Assembly: GCF_006345805.1 (NCBI RefSeq)
Contig: NC_042999.1
Location: 37,386,001-37,450,000 of the forward strand
DNA: 64,000 bases
Origin: Octopus sinensis
Lineage: Eukaryota
Reading direction: 5' to 3'
The notes under the pieces were generated by a model. That model had not been told where the DNA came from and ran no database searches. It worked only from the letters and a program-made list of their open reading frames with translations. Below are positions 13,495-26,432 of the stretch, one piece after another. The translations under genes were made by a program, and so were the position numbers. Every line of letters starts with the position of its first letter. The stretch's first letter is position 1.

Positions 13495-13635
13495 GATGCA
13501 CGGTATACCAAATGTCAGGTGTCGAAGTGATCACAGAACAACATGAGATGAAGTGTTTTGCTCGAGAACACAACGCATCAGCAGGTCCAGGAATTGCAAC
13601 TACCATCTCTCGATCGGGAGTGCAGCACCCTAAAC
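13495..13635 (-). mobile_element. SINE family D fragment
   Basis: gagatgaagtgttttgctcgagaacacaacgc block shared with the 1140-1260 and 44450-44556 copies. Confidence 0.55.
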
Positions 13636-13931
13636 ATTTTTTCTATATACTTCCTTCTCGTCTTTTCTCGTTTCTTCTCTCGTTCAACTTTTAGTTTGTT
13701 ATGCCATGTGGGCAGTGCCTGATGACTGTGCCAAGATGTCAAACGTGTAATAAAACTTAGTTTGGCATGTTCTCAGCACAAGAAACTATAAGTAGCACAT
13801 AAAAACATGTATTATGTCTATCAAATAATATTTATCTCTCGCAAGATAGAGTACTTTTTTGTTGATCTTACCTTCACGGAACAGTACATTATGTATGTAT
13901 GTATGTATGTATGTATGTATTTGTAAGCATA

Positions 13932-13971
<40 letters not shown>

Positions 13972-14509
13972 GATATTTTTCCCCAAACTCCTCGATAAAT
14001 GTGTTCATATAACGACATTGAATATATACAGCAAAATAATAAACGGAATAAAATCAACTTCTAACACACGATATGAAGCAAATGTTTTTATAAAAAATGT
14101 TATGTGGTACATATTTGATTTTTTTTATATTATCTGATCCAAATATTTCTTTCTTTTTTTAAAAAATACTTCGTTGCTCTTTAGGTGCCGATAATTATGG
14201 GTAATCGTCGATTGATAGTTCTGCTGATATTTATATTTAGATATTTTTTAGTATTTTTAGGCTCCTCCATTGAGAGGTTTCTACCCGTGGACCGAAGCTA
14301 ATTCAGAGAAATTCCCCGGTTTGTTTTAGAACAGTCATGAGCAACATTTTTCAAATAGCGGGTCGCATGAGACATGAATCATCAGGCGGACCGCACTGCT
14401 AAAGAACTTCAACATTCTTGTTGGCGTGCCATTCAGACAGTCATGCGGACTGTATGCGGGCCACATGCGGCTATATGCGGGCTGAAGTTTGCCCATGATT
14501 AATTTAGAT

Positions 14510-15041
14510 CAGTGGTTCTCTATCATTTTTCATTTAAGAACCTCTTAGATTCCTGTTTTATTTGGGTGGACCCTCAAAGCCATTTGATGTGTAAAAATGA
14601 TTCTATTACACAGTTCTATATTTAAGAGATGAGGAATTATGTACATTATTTACATTCGACGGATATTTGTCCTCATCTTTGTTGTTAACACAAGGTTTCG
14701 GTTGATATACCCTCCAGCCCTCTTCAGGTGTCTTGGGGAATTTTCGAACGTGGGTTCTCATTTCTAAGGTATTTTTCGATGTTGTTGTTGTTGTTATTAT
14801 TATCATTATTATTATTATTATTATTATTGTTCAGGTCACGGATTAGAATCGAACTTGGAATCTTGAGGTTAGTAGCCCGCGCTCTTAACTACTACGCCAT
14901 ATGCCCGTGGGCATGATCCTATTATATTTTCATAATGAAATATGATTATAAAATGTAAACCGATTTATTGCACATAAATTTTAACAGCAAAATCTTCTAT
15001 GGACCCCCAAAGGTTATATGGACCCTGGTTGAGAACCACAG
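14510..15041. mobile_element. hAT (Charlie/MER5-like) MITE with a nested SINE
   Basis: TIRs cagtggttctc (14510) and gagaaccacag (15041); imperfect 8-bp flanks atttagat/attaagag. Confidence 0.7.
14609..14912 (-). mobile_element. tRNA-derived SINE with (AAT)n spacer and a hammerhead-like 3' domain
   Basis: 12-bp TSD atgat(t/c)ctatta at 14597-14608 and 14913-14924; A box tggcgtagtag, B box agttcgattct; cac-CTGAAGA-g-ggctg...caacc-GAAAC-ctt-gtg at 14730-14689. Confidence 0.7.
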
Positions 15042-15853
15042 ATTAAGAGCTTTCTGTGAGTATAGTCTTCCTTGATGTCAATATGTCTATATATTGTAGG
15101 ACGGCGAGTTGGTAGAATCGTTAACGTGACGGGCAAAATGCTAAGAGGCATTTCGTTTGTCTTTACATTCTAGATCCTTTCGGGGTCGATGAAATAAATA
15201 CCAGTTAAACACTGGGATCGATGTAACCACCTTAGTTCCTTCCCCGAAATTTCTGGCTTTGTGCCAAAATTTGAAATTAATCTGTCTATATAGTGTTACA
15301 TTCTAACCACTTTAACAGATTTATTCTGTTACTATTTTCCATTTTATTACGTAATTGGTCTTGTTTTTGTTATTGACATGTTTTAACCTCGGGTCATCCC
15401 TGACTGAACAAACCTATGACTAATGACATTCCAGCTGTAATCATCCCAAGTTTTTAGACCAACTATAGCGTATTTCAGATTATATCATAATTATGATTCC
15501 CCTATTTTTAGACGACAGCAGGGTGTAATATGAAGTAGATATTGCAGACCAAATAAACGCGTGTAGGTTTGCCAATAACTGAATATCTGTTGTTTCTTAA
15601 TATTTTGATATCTTAATATCTTTGCCTGTGGCCTATTCTTATCATATTATGAGAATTTAACGGAGGTGGGTTACAAGCTGCCCACTGCTTTCACCTTTTC
15701 AAATATTCAATTTAGTCCAGCTTTAGACACACAACTCGATCTGTAAGAAATATTAAAATCTCTCATAAATCACAACGAATCACAATGTATCTTGAAAGAA
15801 AAAGTATTGATAGGTGATATAGTCCAAGGTATGCAATGCTGGAGGGAAAAGAC

Positions 15854-16080
15854 TGCGAGCTGGTAGAAACGTTAGCACTCCGGGCGAAATGCTTAGCAGT
15901 ATTTCGTCTGCAGTTACGTTCTGAGTTCAAATTCCGCCGAGCTCGACTTTGCCTTTCATCCTTTCGGGGTCGATAAATTAAGTACCAGTTACGCACTGGG
16001 GTCGATGTAATCGGCTTAATCCGTTTTTCTCTCCTTGTTTGTCTTCTCTGTGTTTAGCCCCTTTTGGGTAGTAAAGAAAT
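15854..16080 (+). mobile_element. tRNA-derived SINE family B with 26-27 bp TSD
   Basis: TSD aggtatgcaat(g/a)ctggagggaaa(a)gac at 15827-15853 and 16081-16106; central gcctttcatcctttcggggtcgataaattaagtaccag resembles the Nin/Deu-type SINE domain as recalled. Confidence 0.85.
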
Positions 16081-17219
16081 AGGTATGCAATACTGGAGGG
16101 AAAGACGGGATGATCAGGAATGGGTAATGGACTTTTGGTCATAGATCTGCTCACTCGGAACTAATCTAATGTCAAACAACCCTTATGTAACATATTTTCT
16201 TTGTTTCTGGTGTACTGGAATTAATCATCAGCTGTAAACCAATTTATTGCACATAAATTTTAACAGCAAAATCTTCTATGGACCCCCAAAGGTTATATGA
16301 ACCCTGGTTGAGAACCACCGATTAAGAGCTTTCTGTGAGTATAGTCTTCCTTGATGTCAATATGTCTATATATTGTAAGACGGCGAGTTGGTAGAATCGT
16401 TAACGTGACGGGCAAAATGCTAAGAGGCATTTAGTTTGTCTTTACATTCTAGATCCTTTCGGGGTCGATGAAATAAATACCAGTTGAACACTGGGATCGA
16501 TGTAATCACCTTATTCCTTCCCCGAAATTTCTGGCTTTGTGCCAAAATTTGAAATTAATCTGTCTATATAGTGTTACATTCTAGATGTAGTTACTCCTGA
16601 TTTAAACATTTAGTGTACTCACGAAGAAATCCTCTATTTCTTCGATATTTTTTCCTTCTAAATTGCCTTTTGCTGATTTTGAAAAATAATATTCATCTCG
16701 AGATTCAACTTGAGAACTTAATCTATATTTTGTACACAGAGAACAGGATTACCCCCAACTGTAATACCTTCCTACACGATCTATGGCCAGGATCATATAT
16801 TATTGTTTTATCGCGTGGGTTGGTAGAATCACTTGAGGCGTTAAACTTTTACTATTTGGTTTCAAGTTTCATTGAATAAAACTTTGTTTCATACTCTCAG
16901 AGTTTATGAAATAATCATGAATATAGCACTCGAGGAAATTTAAAGACTACACCGTACACCCCCCTCCCAGATTGCTTTGGGGCTTGCAATTATGTTAGAA
17001 ATCACTATAATTATTCTTTTCTGTTTTATCAGAGTATTAGATTGGCAGAATCGTTAGGCGGTATCAGTCAAAATTCTAAAATTCTTTGCGATGTTAAGTT
17101 AAGGGTCTTTACGTTCAATTTTTGCATTTTATTCTATCGGGATCGCTAAAATAAAGTACCGGCTTCTATTTGTTTTATTGTTCCTCCCTACAAAATTTTA
17201 GGGCTTGAACTTGTATTCC

Positions 17220-17423
17220 TTCCAAGTTTTTGTACCAGGCCAGCAATTGTGGGGGAGGGGACTAGTCGGTCACATCGAACCAGTATTCACCTGATACTTA
17301 TTTTATCGATTCCGAAAGGATGAAAGGCAAAGTCGACCTCGGCGGAATTTGAACTCAGAACGTAAAGACTGACAAAATGCCGCTAAATAGTTCGCCTGAC
17401 GTGCTAACGATTCTGCTCGCCAC
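17220..17423 (-). mobile_element. SINE family B variant
   Basis: Reverse complement of the family B head and central domain. Confidence 0.7.
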
Positions 17424-17435
17424 CTTAGGCGTAGA

Positions 17436-17823
17436 TGGATGGAAGCACTCCGTCGGTTACGACGACGAGGGTTCCGGTTGATCCGATCAACGGAACAGCT
17501 TGCTCGTGAAATTAACGTGCAAGTGGTTGAGTATTCCACAGACACGTGTACCCTTAACGTAGTTCTCGGAGATATTCAGCGTGACACAGATAGTGACAAG
17601 GCCGGCCCTTTGAAATACAGGTACAACAGAAACAGGAAGAAAGAGTGAGAGAAAGTTGTGGTGAAAGAGTACAGCAGGGATCACCACCATCCCTGCCGGA
17701 GCCTCGTGGAGCTTTGGGTGTTTTCGCTCAATAAACACTAACAACGCCCGGTCTGGGAATCGAAACCGCGATCCTACGACAGCGAGTCCGCTGCCCTAAC
17801 CACTGGGCCATTGCGCCTCCACT
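17436..17823 (-). mobile_element. tRNA-derived SINE family C, full length
   Basis: 12-bp TSD cttaggcgtaga at 17424 and 17824; head tggaggcgcaatggcccagtggttagg; (ccat)n tail. Confidence 0.9.
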
Positions 17824-18096
17824 CTTAGGCGTAGAACCTATATTAAGAACAGTTATAATTCTTATTAAGAGATTGTTACGTTAAAAGAATCGTTTGAGTG
17901 TTGGAGAAAATGCTTTGTGGTATTAAGTTATGGTTATTTGCATTCCTATCCCGTTGAGGTCAACTTTAATTTACATTCTTTTGGGGGTGGGGGGTCAATA
18001 AAATAAAGTACCAGTAAAATACTGGGGTCGATTTAATTTACTTAGCCCTTTTCCAACAAAATCTTTAACTTTTGCCTATCAAAGAAATTGTTATTA

Positions 18097-18127
<31 letters not shown>

Positions 18128-18175
18128 ATTATTATTATTATTATATTGCTGTTATTATTGTTATTATTTTTATTA

Positions 18176-18382
18176 AGGCGGTAAGCTGGCAGTATCGTTA
18201 GTACGCCGGGCAAGATGCTTAGCGGTATTTCGTTTTGAGTTCAAATTCCGCCGAGGTCGACTTTTCCTATCATCCTTTCGGGGTCGATAAATTAAGTACC
18301 AGTGAAACACTGGGATCGATATAAACCACTAGCCCCCTCCCCCAAAATGTCAAGACTTGTACCTATAGAAGAAAGGATTATT
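18176..18382 (+). mobile_element. SINE family B variant
   Basis: aggcggtaagctggcag head plus central domain. Confidence 0.75.
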
Positions 18383-18875
18383 ATGTGATGAAAACTCACA
18401 CCATATTTTGCTGGGTATGATGGAATGTGTCAGCTGTACACAGCCAGCAGACTTAGGTGACTCTTGTTTACTGGTCATGCCTCAAAAACCCTCGAAGAAT
18501 TTCTGCAGTTCCAAGCAATGCTGATTTTTGTAGGTGCCCTACCTTCACACTTGCACCAAACTTTTTCAGTCATGCTGGCAGTTGAGTGCTGATACTTCCA
18601 ATTACTATTGGTACCACGTCTACTCCCCTCATCGACAACGACCATCGCATTTTCCACTTCAAATCGTCATAGTTGTTTATCAGATGAAAATACCTTGTTG
18701 TAGAATGCCAATTTACTTCCTGAGCTCAAATCCTGCCGAAGTTGACATTACATTTCATTCTTCCGAGATCGATAAAATAAATACCTATCCAGTACCAAGA
18801 TCGATCAAGTCAATTATACCTTGATCCAGATTGTAAGACAGTGGATTGGCGGTACTTGTTGAGCTGTAATCAATA

Positions 18876-19275
18876 TCTTTATATATAAAAGTGAAGTTGT
18901 GTGTCTGTCTCCTACGATTTAGATTCCTAACTACTCCCACATTTTGCGGTGCAGTTTAACCAAAACCGGGTATCTTATAGTCGTGATTCATATTGAGCCC
19001 TTCTGGGTATTAGCGCGCGTCTACAATCAGTCTACGATTAAAAAAAAAATTACCATCATTTTTTTCCATTTTAATGCATTTTTTTTTGCTATTATATAAG
19101 GGAAGTAACTCTCTAAAAATGTCTACGATGAGTCAACGATTTAAAAAAAAATTTACCATCATTTTTTTTTCCATTTTTAATGCATTGTTTTGCTATTTTT
19201 TGGCTATAACTCTCTAAAAATGCTTATATAGTTATTTCCCTTACAAACCCGAGCAACGCCGGGCGATACTGCTAG
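18876..19275 (+). mobile_element. Non-autonomous Helitron
   Basis: A|TC start, 3' hairpin cccgagcaacgccggg and CTAG|T end; near-identical copies at 20015, 53097 and 58375. Confidence 0.9.
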
Positions 19276-19545
19276 TTATTAATAAAATGGTGGATGATTG
19301 ACTCAGTAGAGAAATCCTTATTCTGATAAATATAATAGCGGCAGTATGGTAGAATCATTAGGACGGCATTTTGTTGTGCCTCCTTCCGGTTTGGATTCAC
19401 ATATCATTGAAGTTGTTTTTGTATTTCATCAGTCAGGAAACAGTAAAACAATTATTACTCATATAATAGGGATTCCACTTGGTTTCAATAACTTGAACCG
19501 CCTGCTAATTGAATTATAGCGTAAGTGGCTGAGTATTCAACAGGC

Positions 19546-19589
<44 letters not shown>

Positions 19590-19689
19590 GACGCACACAC
19601 TAACACACACATATTTTTTTGTTTTTTCATCTCGCTCACACACACACATACACACACGCACACGCACACACTCACACATACACACACAT

Positions 19690-19930
19690 CTGTTGGGTTA
19701 CCAACCTTGTCTCCACTCTTTTGCCTTTAAAAACCCACTTTGCTCTTGTTATCGTCAACATCCGCCTTTCACCATGTGCAACTCGTAAACACCAGTCGTC
19801 TTTTTTCTCTTTCCCTGTTGCCCGCTCTGGGATCTTTCTTTCCTCTCTCTTCCTTCTTTATGTTTCCGACGAAGAGCTCCGCTCGAAACGTCATACCTCC
19901 CTACTTCCATCTCCTGAGCGCCTATTAATA
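19690..19930 (+). mobile_element. PLE pseudo-LTR-like fragment with a minimal hammerhead-like motif (19862-19896)
   Basis: gttt-CCGACGA-a-gagc-tcc-gctc-GAAAC-GTC-atac; U4 is C and stem I has one mismatch. Confidence 0.5.
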
Positions 19931-19983
19931 ATAATACTGTAATTGTTCCTGTTGTTGTTGTTTTTTTGTTTCCCTTTTGGATT

Positions 19984-20014
<31 letters not shown>

Positions 20015-20407
20015 CTAGCAGTATCGCCCGGCGTTGTTCGGGTTTGTGAGGGAAATAACTATATAAGCATTTTTAGAGATGTAAAGTATAATAGCCATCT
20101 CAATATGGCTAACTACAAAGGGGTGGGGTGTTACTGTAGCTTTTTACGTTCTGAGATTTAATAAATTTTTAGAGAGTTACTTCCCTTATATATGCCAAAA
20201 ATGCATTAAAAATGGGAAAAATTGATGGTAATTTTTTTTTAATCGTAGACTCATCGTAGACGCGCGCTAATACCCAGAAGGGCTCGATATGAATCACGAC
20301 TATAAGATACCCGGTTTTGGTTAAACTGCACCGCGAAATGTGGGAGTAGTTAGGAATCTAAATCGTAGGAGACAGACAGCACACGACCTCTCTTTTATAT
20401 ATAAAGA
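20015..20407 (-). mobile_element. Non-autonomous Helitron
   Basis: Reverse complement of the 18876-19275 family, with CTAG end at 20015 and TC start at 20407. Confidence 0.9.
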
Positions 20408-20420
20408 TATATAAATACCT

Positions 20421-20652
20421 ATTTCTTTATTACCCACAAGGGGCTAAACACAGAGGGGACAAACAAGGACAGACATAGGTATTAAGTCGATTACATCGAC
20501 CCCAGTGCGTAGCTGGTACTTAATTTATCGACCCCGAAAGGATGAAAGGCAAAGTCGACCTCGGCGGAATTTGAACTCAGAACGTTAGCGGCAGACGAAA
20601 TACCGCTAAGCATTTAGCCCGGCGCGCTAACGTTTCTGCCAGCTCGCCGCCT
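20421..20652 (-). mobile_element. SINE family B, full length
   Basis: 13-bp TSD tatataaatacct at 20408-20420 and 20653-20665. Confidence 0.9.
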
Positions 20653-23567
20653 TATATAAATACCTTTAACTCTTTTATTGCATAAATCAGATTTCTTCAC
20701 TGAAATTTTCAACGCTCTTTACTGCGGAAAGCAATTTTATATATCAGTCTATTGTTTAGGAATTAAGATATCTTTTGTTGAGACACGTCAAGTTTATTGA
20801 AGCAATGGGACTTGCAGAAAATACCAATTCTCAAGGGCTTCTACACAGCTTCCGTCTAATCAATGTCACCCACAAGCCTTTGATCGAGGCGAAGCTATAG
20901 TAAAAGACCCTAGTTGAAGATGCCACGTTGTAGGATCAAACTCGGGACCTGGTGATTGCAATGCGAACTTCTTAATTATTCGGTTATGCTACGTCTACTA
21001 GTTATGTACTCGGTTTGATTTAATCACCTAAACCACCGTCTTCCACACAAAAATGTATTGTAGCCTTGTGCCTAAGTTAGACATCTTTATTTTTTAGCTT
21101 TACGAATACCTATCGTACTGTAGAGTTTACTTTATCCTTTAGTCAGGAGGGAAGGCAGTGACGTTGACTGCTTATGGGTTTTCCCAGACTTGTGTAAAGA
21201 AGGAATGAAGGTATCCTCAAGAAGGAGACCTTTCCAAATGCTTGCAATAGAGTACACTCCACTAAAAACATTCAAGGCGCTAGACAGTGCTGCTAAATCG
21301 GGTGACTGATTAAATCTATCATCTAAATAGGCCATGGCAAGATTTGAACTCAGGACGCAAAAGGCCAGAAGAAACACCATAAAAAAAATCGATCCCAAGA
21401 TTGTGGAAGGCAAAATTGACCTCGGTGGAATTTGATATCAGGATACAGAGAATCAGAACAAATACGGCAAGTATTACTCTATGACGCTATAACAACTTTG
21501 CCACTTCATCGTTGATAACACGTATTTTGACATAATATTCCTTGCAGACATACACAGCATATCTAGTTCCACTTTTTTCCAATTAATGATTACTGAATTT
21601 TAGCAAACAATTGATACTATCAAGACATTAATTGCTTCAAGATCGATAAAATACGTATTTCTAATAGATTCATGCACGAGATATAACTGTGTGTTGCTGG
21701 AACAAGTGTAGCATTTTGTTGTTTTGTTGTTGTTGCTGCTGGTTGAGTTACTACTAATTTTATATATTCTTATATTTTTTCTGTAGCAGCAAGCTCACCT
21801 CTGTGCAACTCAGAGATATACATTTTTGTCTATGTGCAAATGTGTTGAGAGAAAAACTCCACATAAAATGTATGCTGTAGTTAGTAGTGTGCTATTTTTT
21901 ATGTGTGCAAATCAATGATGCCAGTTTGTGATTTTATCTCTGTTTATCTTTGTTTCTGTTGTAATGGGGCTATTATAACAGCTTAATGTACTAATCTCAC
22001 GCATATAGTTTACCACAATCTTAAAATCCCTTTTATTGTCATAGTTCTCAACTAACACTTTGAGAGCAATATACTGATCGGAAGAGATCAATATGTCGAT
22101 ATCTCTTCTTCCCAGTTATAAGAATAAGACCTGGGAAGTGCTCTCTTATTTTCTTTTTCAGTTTACTCAAGTTTGCCCCAGAGTGTTGTAACTTCCTTAT
22201 TTTCAGCAGCAGTTATTGTTAAGTGTTCACACTATTTGCATAGTGAGCTAACAGAGGGCTCCCATCATCGTAGTGATCCGTGAGTCTAAGAAACTTTGGG
22301 AAGGCCAATCGATGCGCATCTTCACTGCTTATGCAATTCCTGCCCAGGACTTTGAAAGATTTGCTGCAGAGAGAAAGCTAAGGCAAAGAGTTACCTATGG
22401 CGTTATGCAACAGTTTGAAGCTGAACGCACAGAGCAAAAGGATGAGCGAACAACGCGTCACGAATGCCATATTCAGTCACCAAATACAATAGAGTTCTTC
22501 AGCCATGTCTAGCTTGTCCTCGGATCTGTCTCTTTCGTATTTATTCTATTTACGTACTCACTAGCGGCTTGGTGGCACTGGAGGATGTAGAAGGATAAAT
22601 TCGTCACCGAATCGATGGCCAGCTAGCCAGCCAGCCATCTCGCCAGCCAGCCATCTCGCCAGCTAGTCAAGCAACCATATTGTCTACCTAGATTTAGTAG
22701 TGTTTATTATCCAAAGAATATGATTCTTACCCGGTCCAAAAGTAAATAGTCCGAGACGATGTAGTCAATCATTTTGTGGTATTAAACACTGTCTCTCTGT
22801 CTGTCTTTCTCTCTTTCTCTCTCTCTTTCTCCCTCTCTCTTGATTGGTTAACTCTTATCTTCTGCAGCCATTATAAAACTTCTCTGAATTTTTGGGTGGG
22901 TTTAGTAACTCGTTTTTTTTAATATGTTTCACATTACCCGACTCCTGTGTACTAAGACTGGGGAGGAGTTCCTCTTTTAGCTCACCTTGCAAGGATTTAC
23001 TGTGTCACTTCTGTTTCTTGCTTCATTTCTTTTCAATTCTCTTTTCTGTCTGTGACAACTTCTATATTTCCACTCTTTGTTCTCTAATTACTTTCTTATC
23101 TAGGTCAAGCATAAATTGATGATACAATTTGAATGAAATACAGTGTGTATCTTTATATGCAACATAACCTAGCATTATCTTTTACAATGGATATTATCTA
23201 CTCTGGAAAGGCCAAAAGTTAAAATGAAGTCTAAAACAGAACTGTGCCTATCTGAGCTAGGTAGAAGTTTGCTTTTAACACCATTTAAAAACTGTTTTAC
23301 GAAAATAGCTGAGTTTTCATTAATTTTCAATATAACTTTATCAGAGGAGCATTAAGAGCTAATAACAAGACAGAGTCGTAGCATTAAATACTCGTGCACT
23401 TCTTTAAAAGAGAACAGAGTATTATATTTTTTGTACACATGAAATGAATGCAAAAAGATAATTAGAATTTGTAAAAAAATAAATATTTACTATTTACTAA
23501 AAAATAAACATTTATTATACAGCAGGCTCACTTTAAAAGTAAATAATTATTTCACTTTTATAGACAA

Positions 23568-24090
23568 CTAACAGCATAGCCCGGCATTGCCCGGGTATGT
23601 AAGAGCCCCTGGAGCAGACATGATGCTCGCTGTGAATTTAAAAAAAATTCCTGCCAATTTGAGAAAGATATTGTCGAAAATATGTCATCTTGAATTTGAA
23701 CGCGATTTCCCAAAATGGCATGATTTTATCGATTTTTTCTGATGGTAAGGTATTGCATGGAAAACTAATGTCAGAATTAAGTTTCTTAGGGTAACATTAA
23801 GCTTCACCATAAGTTTGATGAAAATCGATTGCAAGTTGCGAAAACTACAACAGAAAATATGTTGCATATAAAAAGCTTAGATTCTCGACCCCATGTCGAA
23901 TTTATCGATTTTTTTCAGAACTGGGGGAACTTTTCAAAATTTTTGCTGCGTTAGTTTTGAATTATGACATTGGGCTATGTGTGTGTCAAGTTTCATCAGA
24001 ATCGGTTGAAAGCCATGGTCAGGGTGAGGGTACAACCTGACAGACACACAGACACACAGACAGACAAACTGCCGTTTATATAGAGAGAGA
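23568..24090 (-). mobile_element. Non-autonomous Helitron, second family
   Basis: Minus 3' end cccgggcaatgccggg...gttagt (mutated CTAG); 5' tctctctatataaacggcagtttgtctg. Confidence 0.65.
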
Positions 24091-24423
24091 TAATATTAAT
24101 ATAAATAATTCCACCGATACGTTTAGCCACGACAATAACAGCAAAACATACATGCAGATTTTGCCAAACGAAAGAATCCTGAAATTGTTTGTCAGCATTA
24201 GTAGAAGAAATTTAGCTTGTCATTTGCTAACGCTACCAGAAACAGGCAGATTCTAGATATAAACCATTTAACTGAGAAAGAAAACTGTTTGACTGTACTA
24301 TGTAACCAATGCAAACGTGTTTTTGCTAGAAGCCACAACACAAATACGAAAAAAAGAAAAAGAAATAACTTATTTTTGCATTTCCAAAGGTTACATTCTT
24401 GAGGTGTCAAATATCTTTCTTAC

Positions 24424-24486
24424 AGGCATTGATGTGCCGTGCAAAATTTTTCAGAAGAGTCAGAAAATTCCCCTCGATATCTTCAC
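24424..24486 (-). CDS. Candidate 63-nt phase 1-1 exon of an unidentified gene
   Basis: aatgattAG acceptor and CCT|GTAAGA donor; open frame (G)EDIEGNFLTLLKNFARHINA. Confidence 0.4.
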
Positions 24487-24759
24487 CTAATCATTTAAAC
24501 ATTTTGCAAACGTCCTTAAAGCTACAATTACAACTGAAACGACGAAATTTTACGGCATTTCCACATTCTCTAATGTTCATGTTTTAGGTTTCAGTATGTT
24601 TCTATTTTCTCAAATTTTTACCTACCACTCTAATATCAGACAGGTAAGCAACATTGCAAAAGCAACACACTTTTTCATTTACATTGAGTATCACAGTATC
24701 ACAGTATCACAGCAATCGCCCCGTTCGCCTACCTGATTGACTTATCACATTCCATAGCA

Positions 24760-25560
24760 CTTTTGCATGATCTTTTTTAAGGACGTGTTGTTTTATGGTC
24801 TTAACATTTTACACATTTTCAAATACAATTTTTTTTACAAATTCCCAATGCATGATTTTAACAATTTTGTCATGTCTCCAGTTCTTATAAATCCTTTGAG
24901 TAAGCATTCTACATTCAGAAGTAACACGTGCAACCAATTCTCTTTCATTGCACATTCTACATGCAGCCAAAATGTATTTTTTATCTGTTTGTTTGATGTA
25001 TCTTATTCTGGCTGATTGATTTACCCATCTACGATTAACCCGTCTTTCTCTTCAAAATCTCCATCTTTAAGCATTGAAATGATTTTTGGTTTTGATACTC
25101 TTCAGTACTTTGAGCAGAATTTCCAAGTAAGCCTTTCTACTCATATCGTTGCTTTCTAACTCCAAGAAAGTCAACTTCTCCGTTCATTTAGCTTAATATT
25201 CCCCCACTCTTACCGCTACCAAAGGTACCACATCACTGGCAGCAATGTCTGTTTTTTTCTACCTACTCCCGTTATCAGTTTTCTATCCTTGTCAGTCAGA
25301 TCCACCCATCTCTTCTGTTGGAATACAATCTGTCAGCATCCGCTCATGAGTGTAAGGCTCAGTTGACTGTCAACAATTTCCTTGTTTTTCTATGTACCTT
25401 CTGAAACTGACACTCGCATTTTTCTGCTTTTTTTTATTGTCAATCTCATGGAATTTCTTAATATTTAAAAACCCATTGAATCTTTCAATACCCTAAGACC
25501 TGGGGTTAATGGTATCGACGGAAATCTTCCCATATTTGGCGTTCAACTGAGGATATTGCA
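24760..25560 (-). mobile_element. R4/Dong-like non-LTR retrotransposon fragment (RT thumb to CCHC finger)
   Basis: Decayed RKLLTVN*ALHS*ADADRLY and CRMCNERELVARVTSECRMLTQRIYKNWRHDKIVKIMHWE. Confidence 0.7.
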
Positions 25561-26046
25561 ATTATAATTCATTATCGGAAAAGTTAAAGTATTGATACCG
25601 ATCGCCTTATTTATTTTCTTTTTTCTCTTTGGCATTTGCTGTTGTTTTTACTATCAATCTACTATTATTGTTGTTGTTATTATTATTATTGCAGTGCAGG
25701 CCATCGAAGTGACACTGAGGTAAAATATAAGAAGCTCAGTATACCTATCATGACAACCCATCTGATAAGGGTACATCAAGCACATGCATCACAACCATTG
25801 TTGTTGTTGTTATTATCAACATACAGGTGGCTTTGAGATATCTTTGTGAAATATTCAGATTTAACATTACTTGATGGAAAAGTGAGTTTTTTAAAATTAA
25901 ATTAATTTAACAACAAATTATGTATAAGACGTTCGCACTACAACATATATAAGTAGCGATGACAAGAACCTTAACAACAGTTTTTTAATGTCACTAACCT
26001 ATTTTGTTTTGTCGTTTCTGGTATCTTTTGTCTGTTGTATAGAATT

Positions 26047-26432
26047 TTTGGAAGCACTCCGTCGGTTACGACGATGAGTGTTCCGGTTGATCCGAATCAA
26101 CGGAACAGCCTGCTCGTGAAATTAACGTGCAAGTTGGCTGAGCACTCCACAGACACGTGTACCCTTAATGTAGTTCTCGGGGATATTCAGCGTGACACAG
26201 AGAGTGACAAGGCCGGCCCTTGAAATACAGGTACAACAGAAATAGGAAGTAAGAGTGAGAGAAAGTTGTGGTGAAAGAGTACAGCAGGGATCACCACCAT
26301 CCCTGCCGGAGCCTCGTGGAGCTTTTAGGTGTTTTCGCTTAATAAACACTCACAACGCCCGGTCTGGGAATCGAAACTGCGATCGTATGACCGCGAGTCC
26401 GCTGCCCTAAACACAGGGCCATTGCGCCTCCA
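26047..26432 (-). mobile_element. SINE family C
   Basis: 10-bp TSD tgtatagaat at 26037 and 26438. Confidence 0.9.

Noticed and set aside
13715-13755. ctgatga...caaacgtgta hammerhead-like string
   Set aside because: GAAA is missing and stems I and II do not pair.
22060-22900. Possible PHD/ORF1-like relic (MAEELYCIW) and a CGG|GTAAGA donor on minus
   Set aside because: No frame sustains the motif, and it cannot be assigned without a search.
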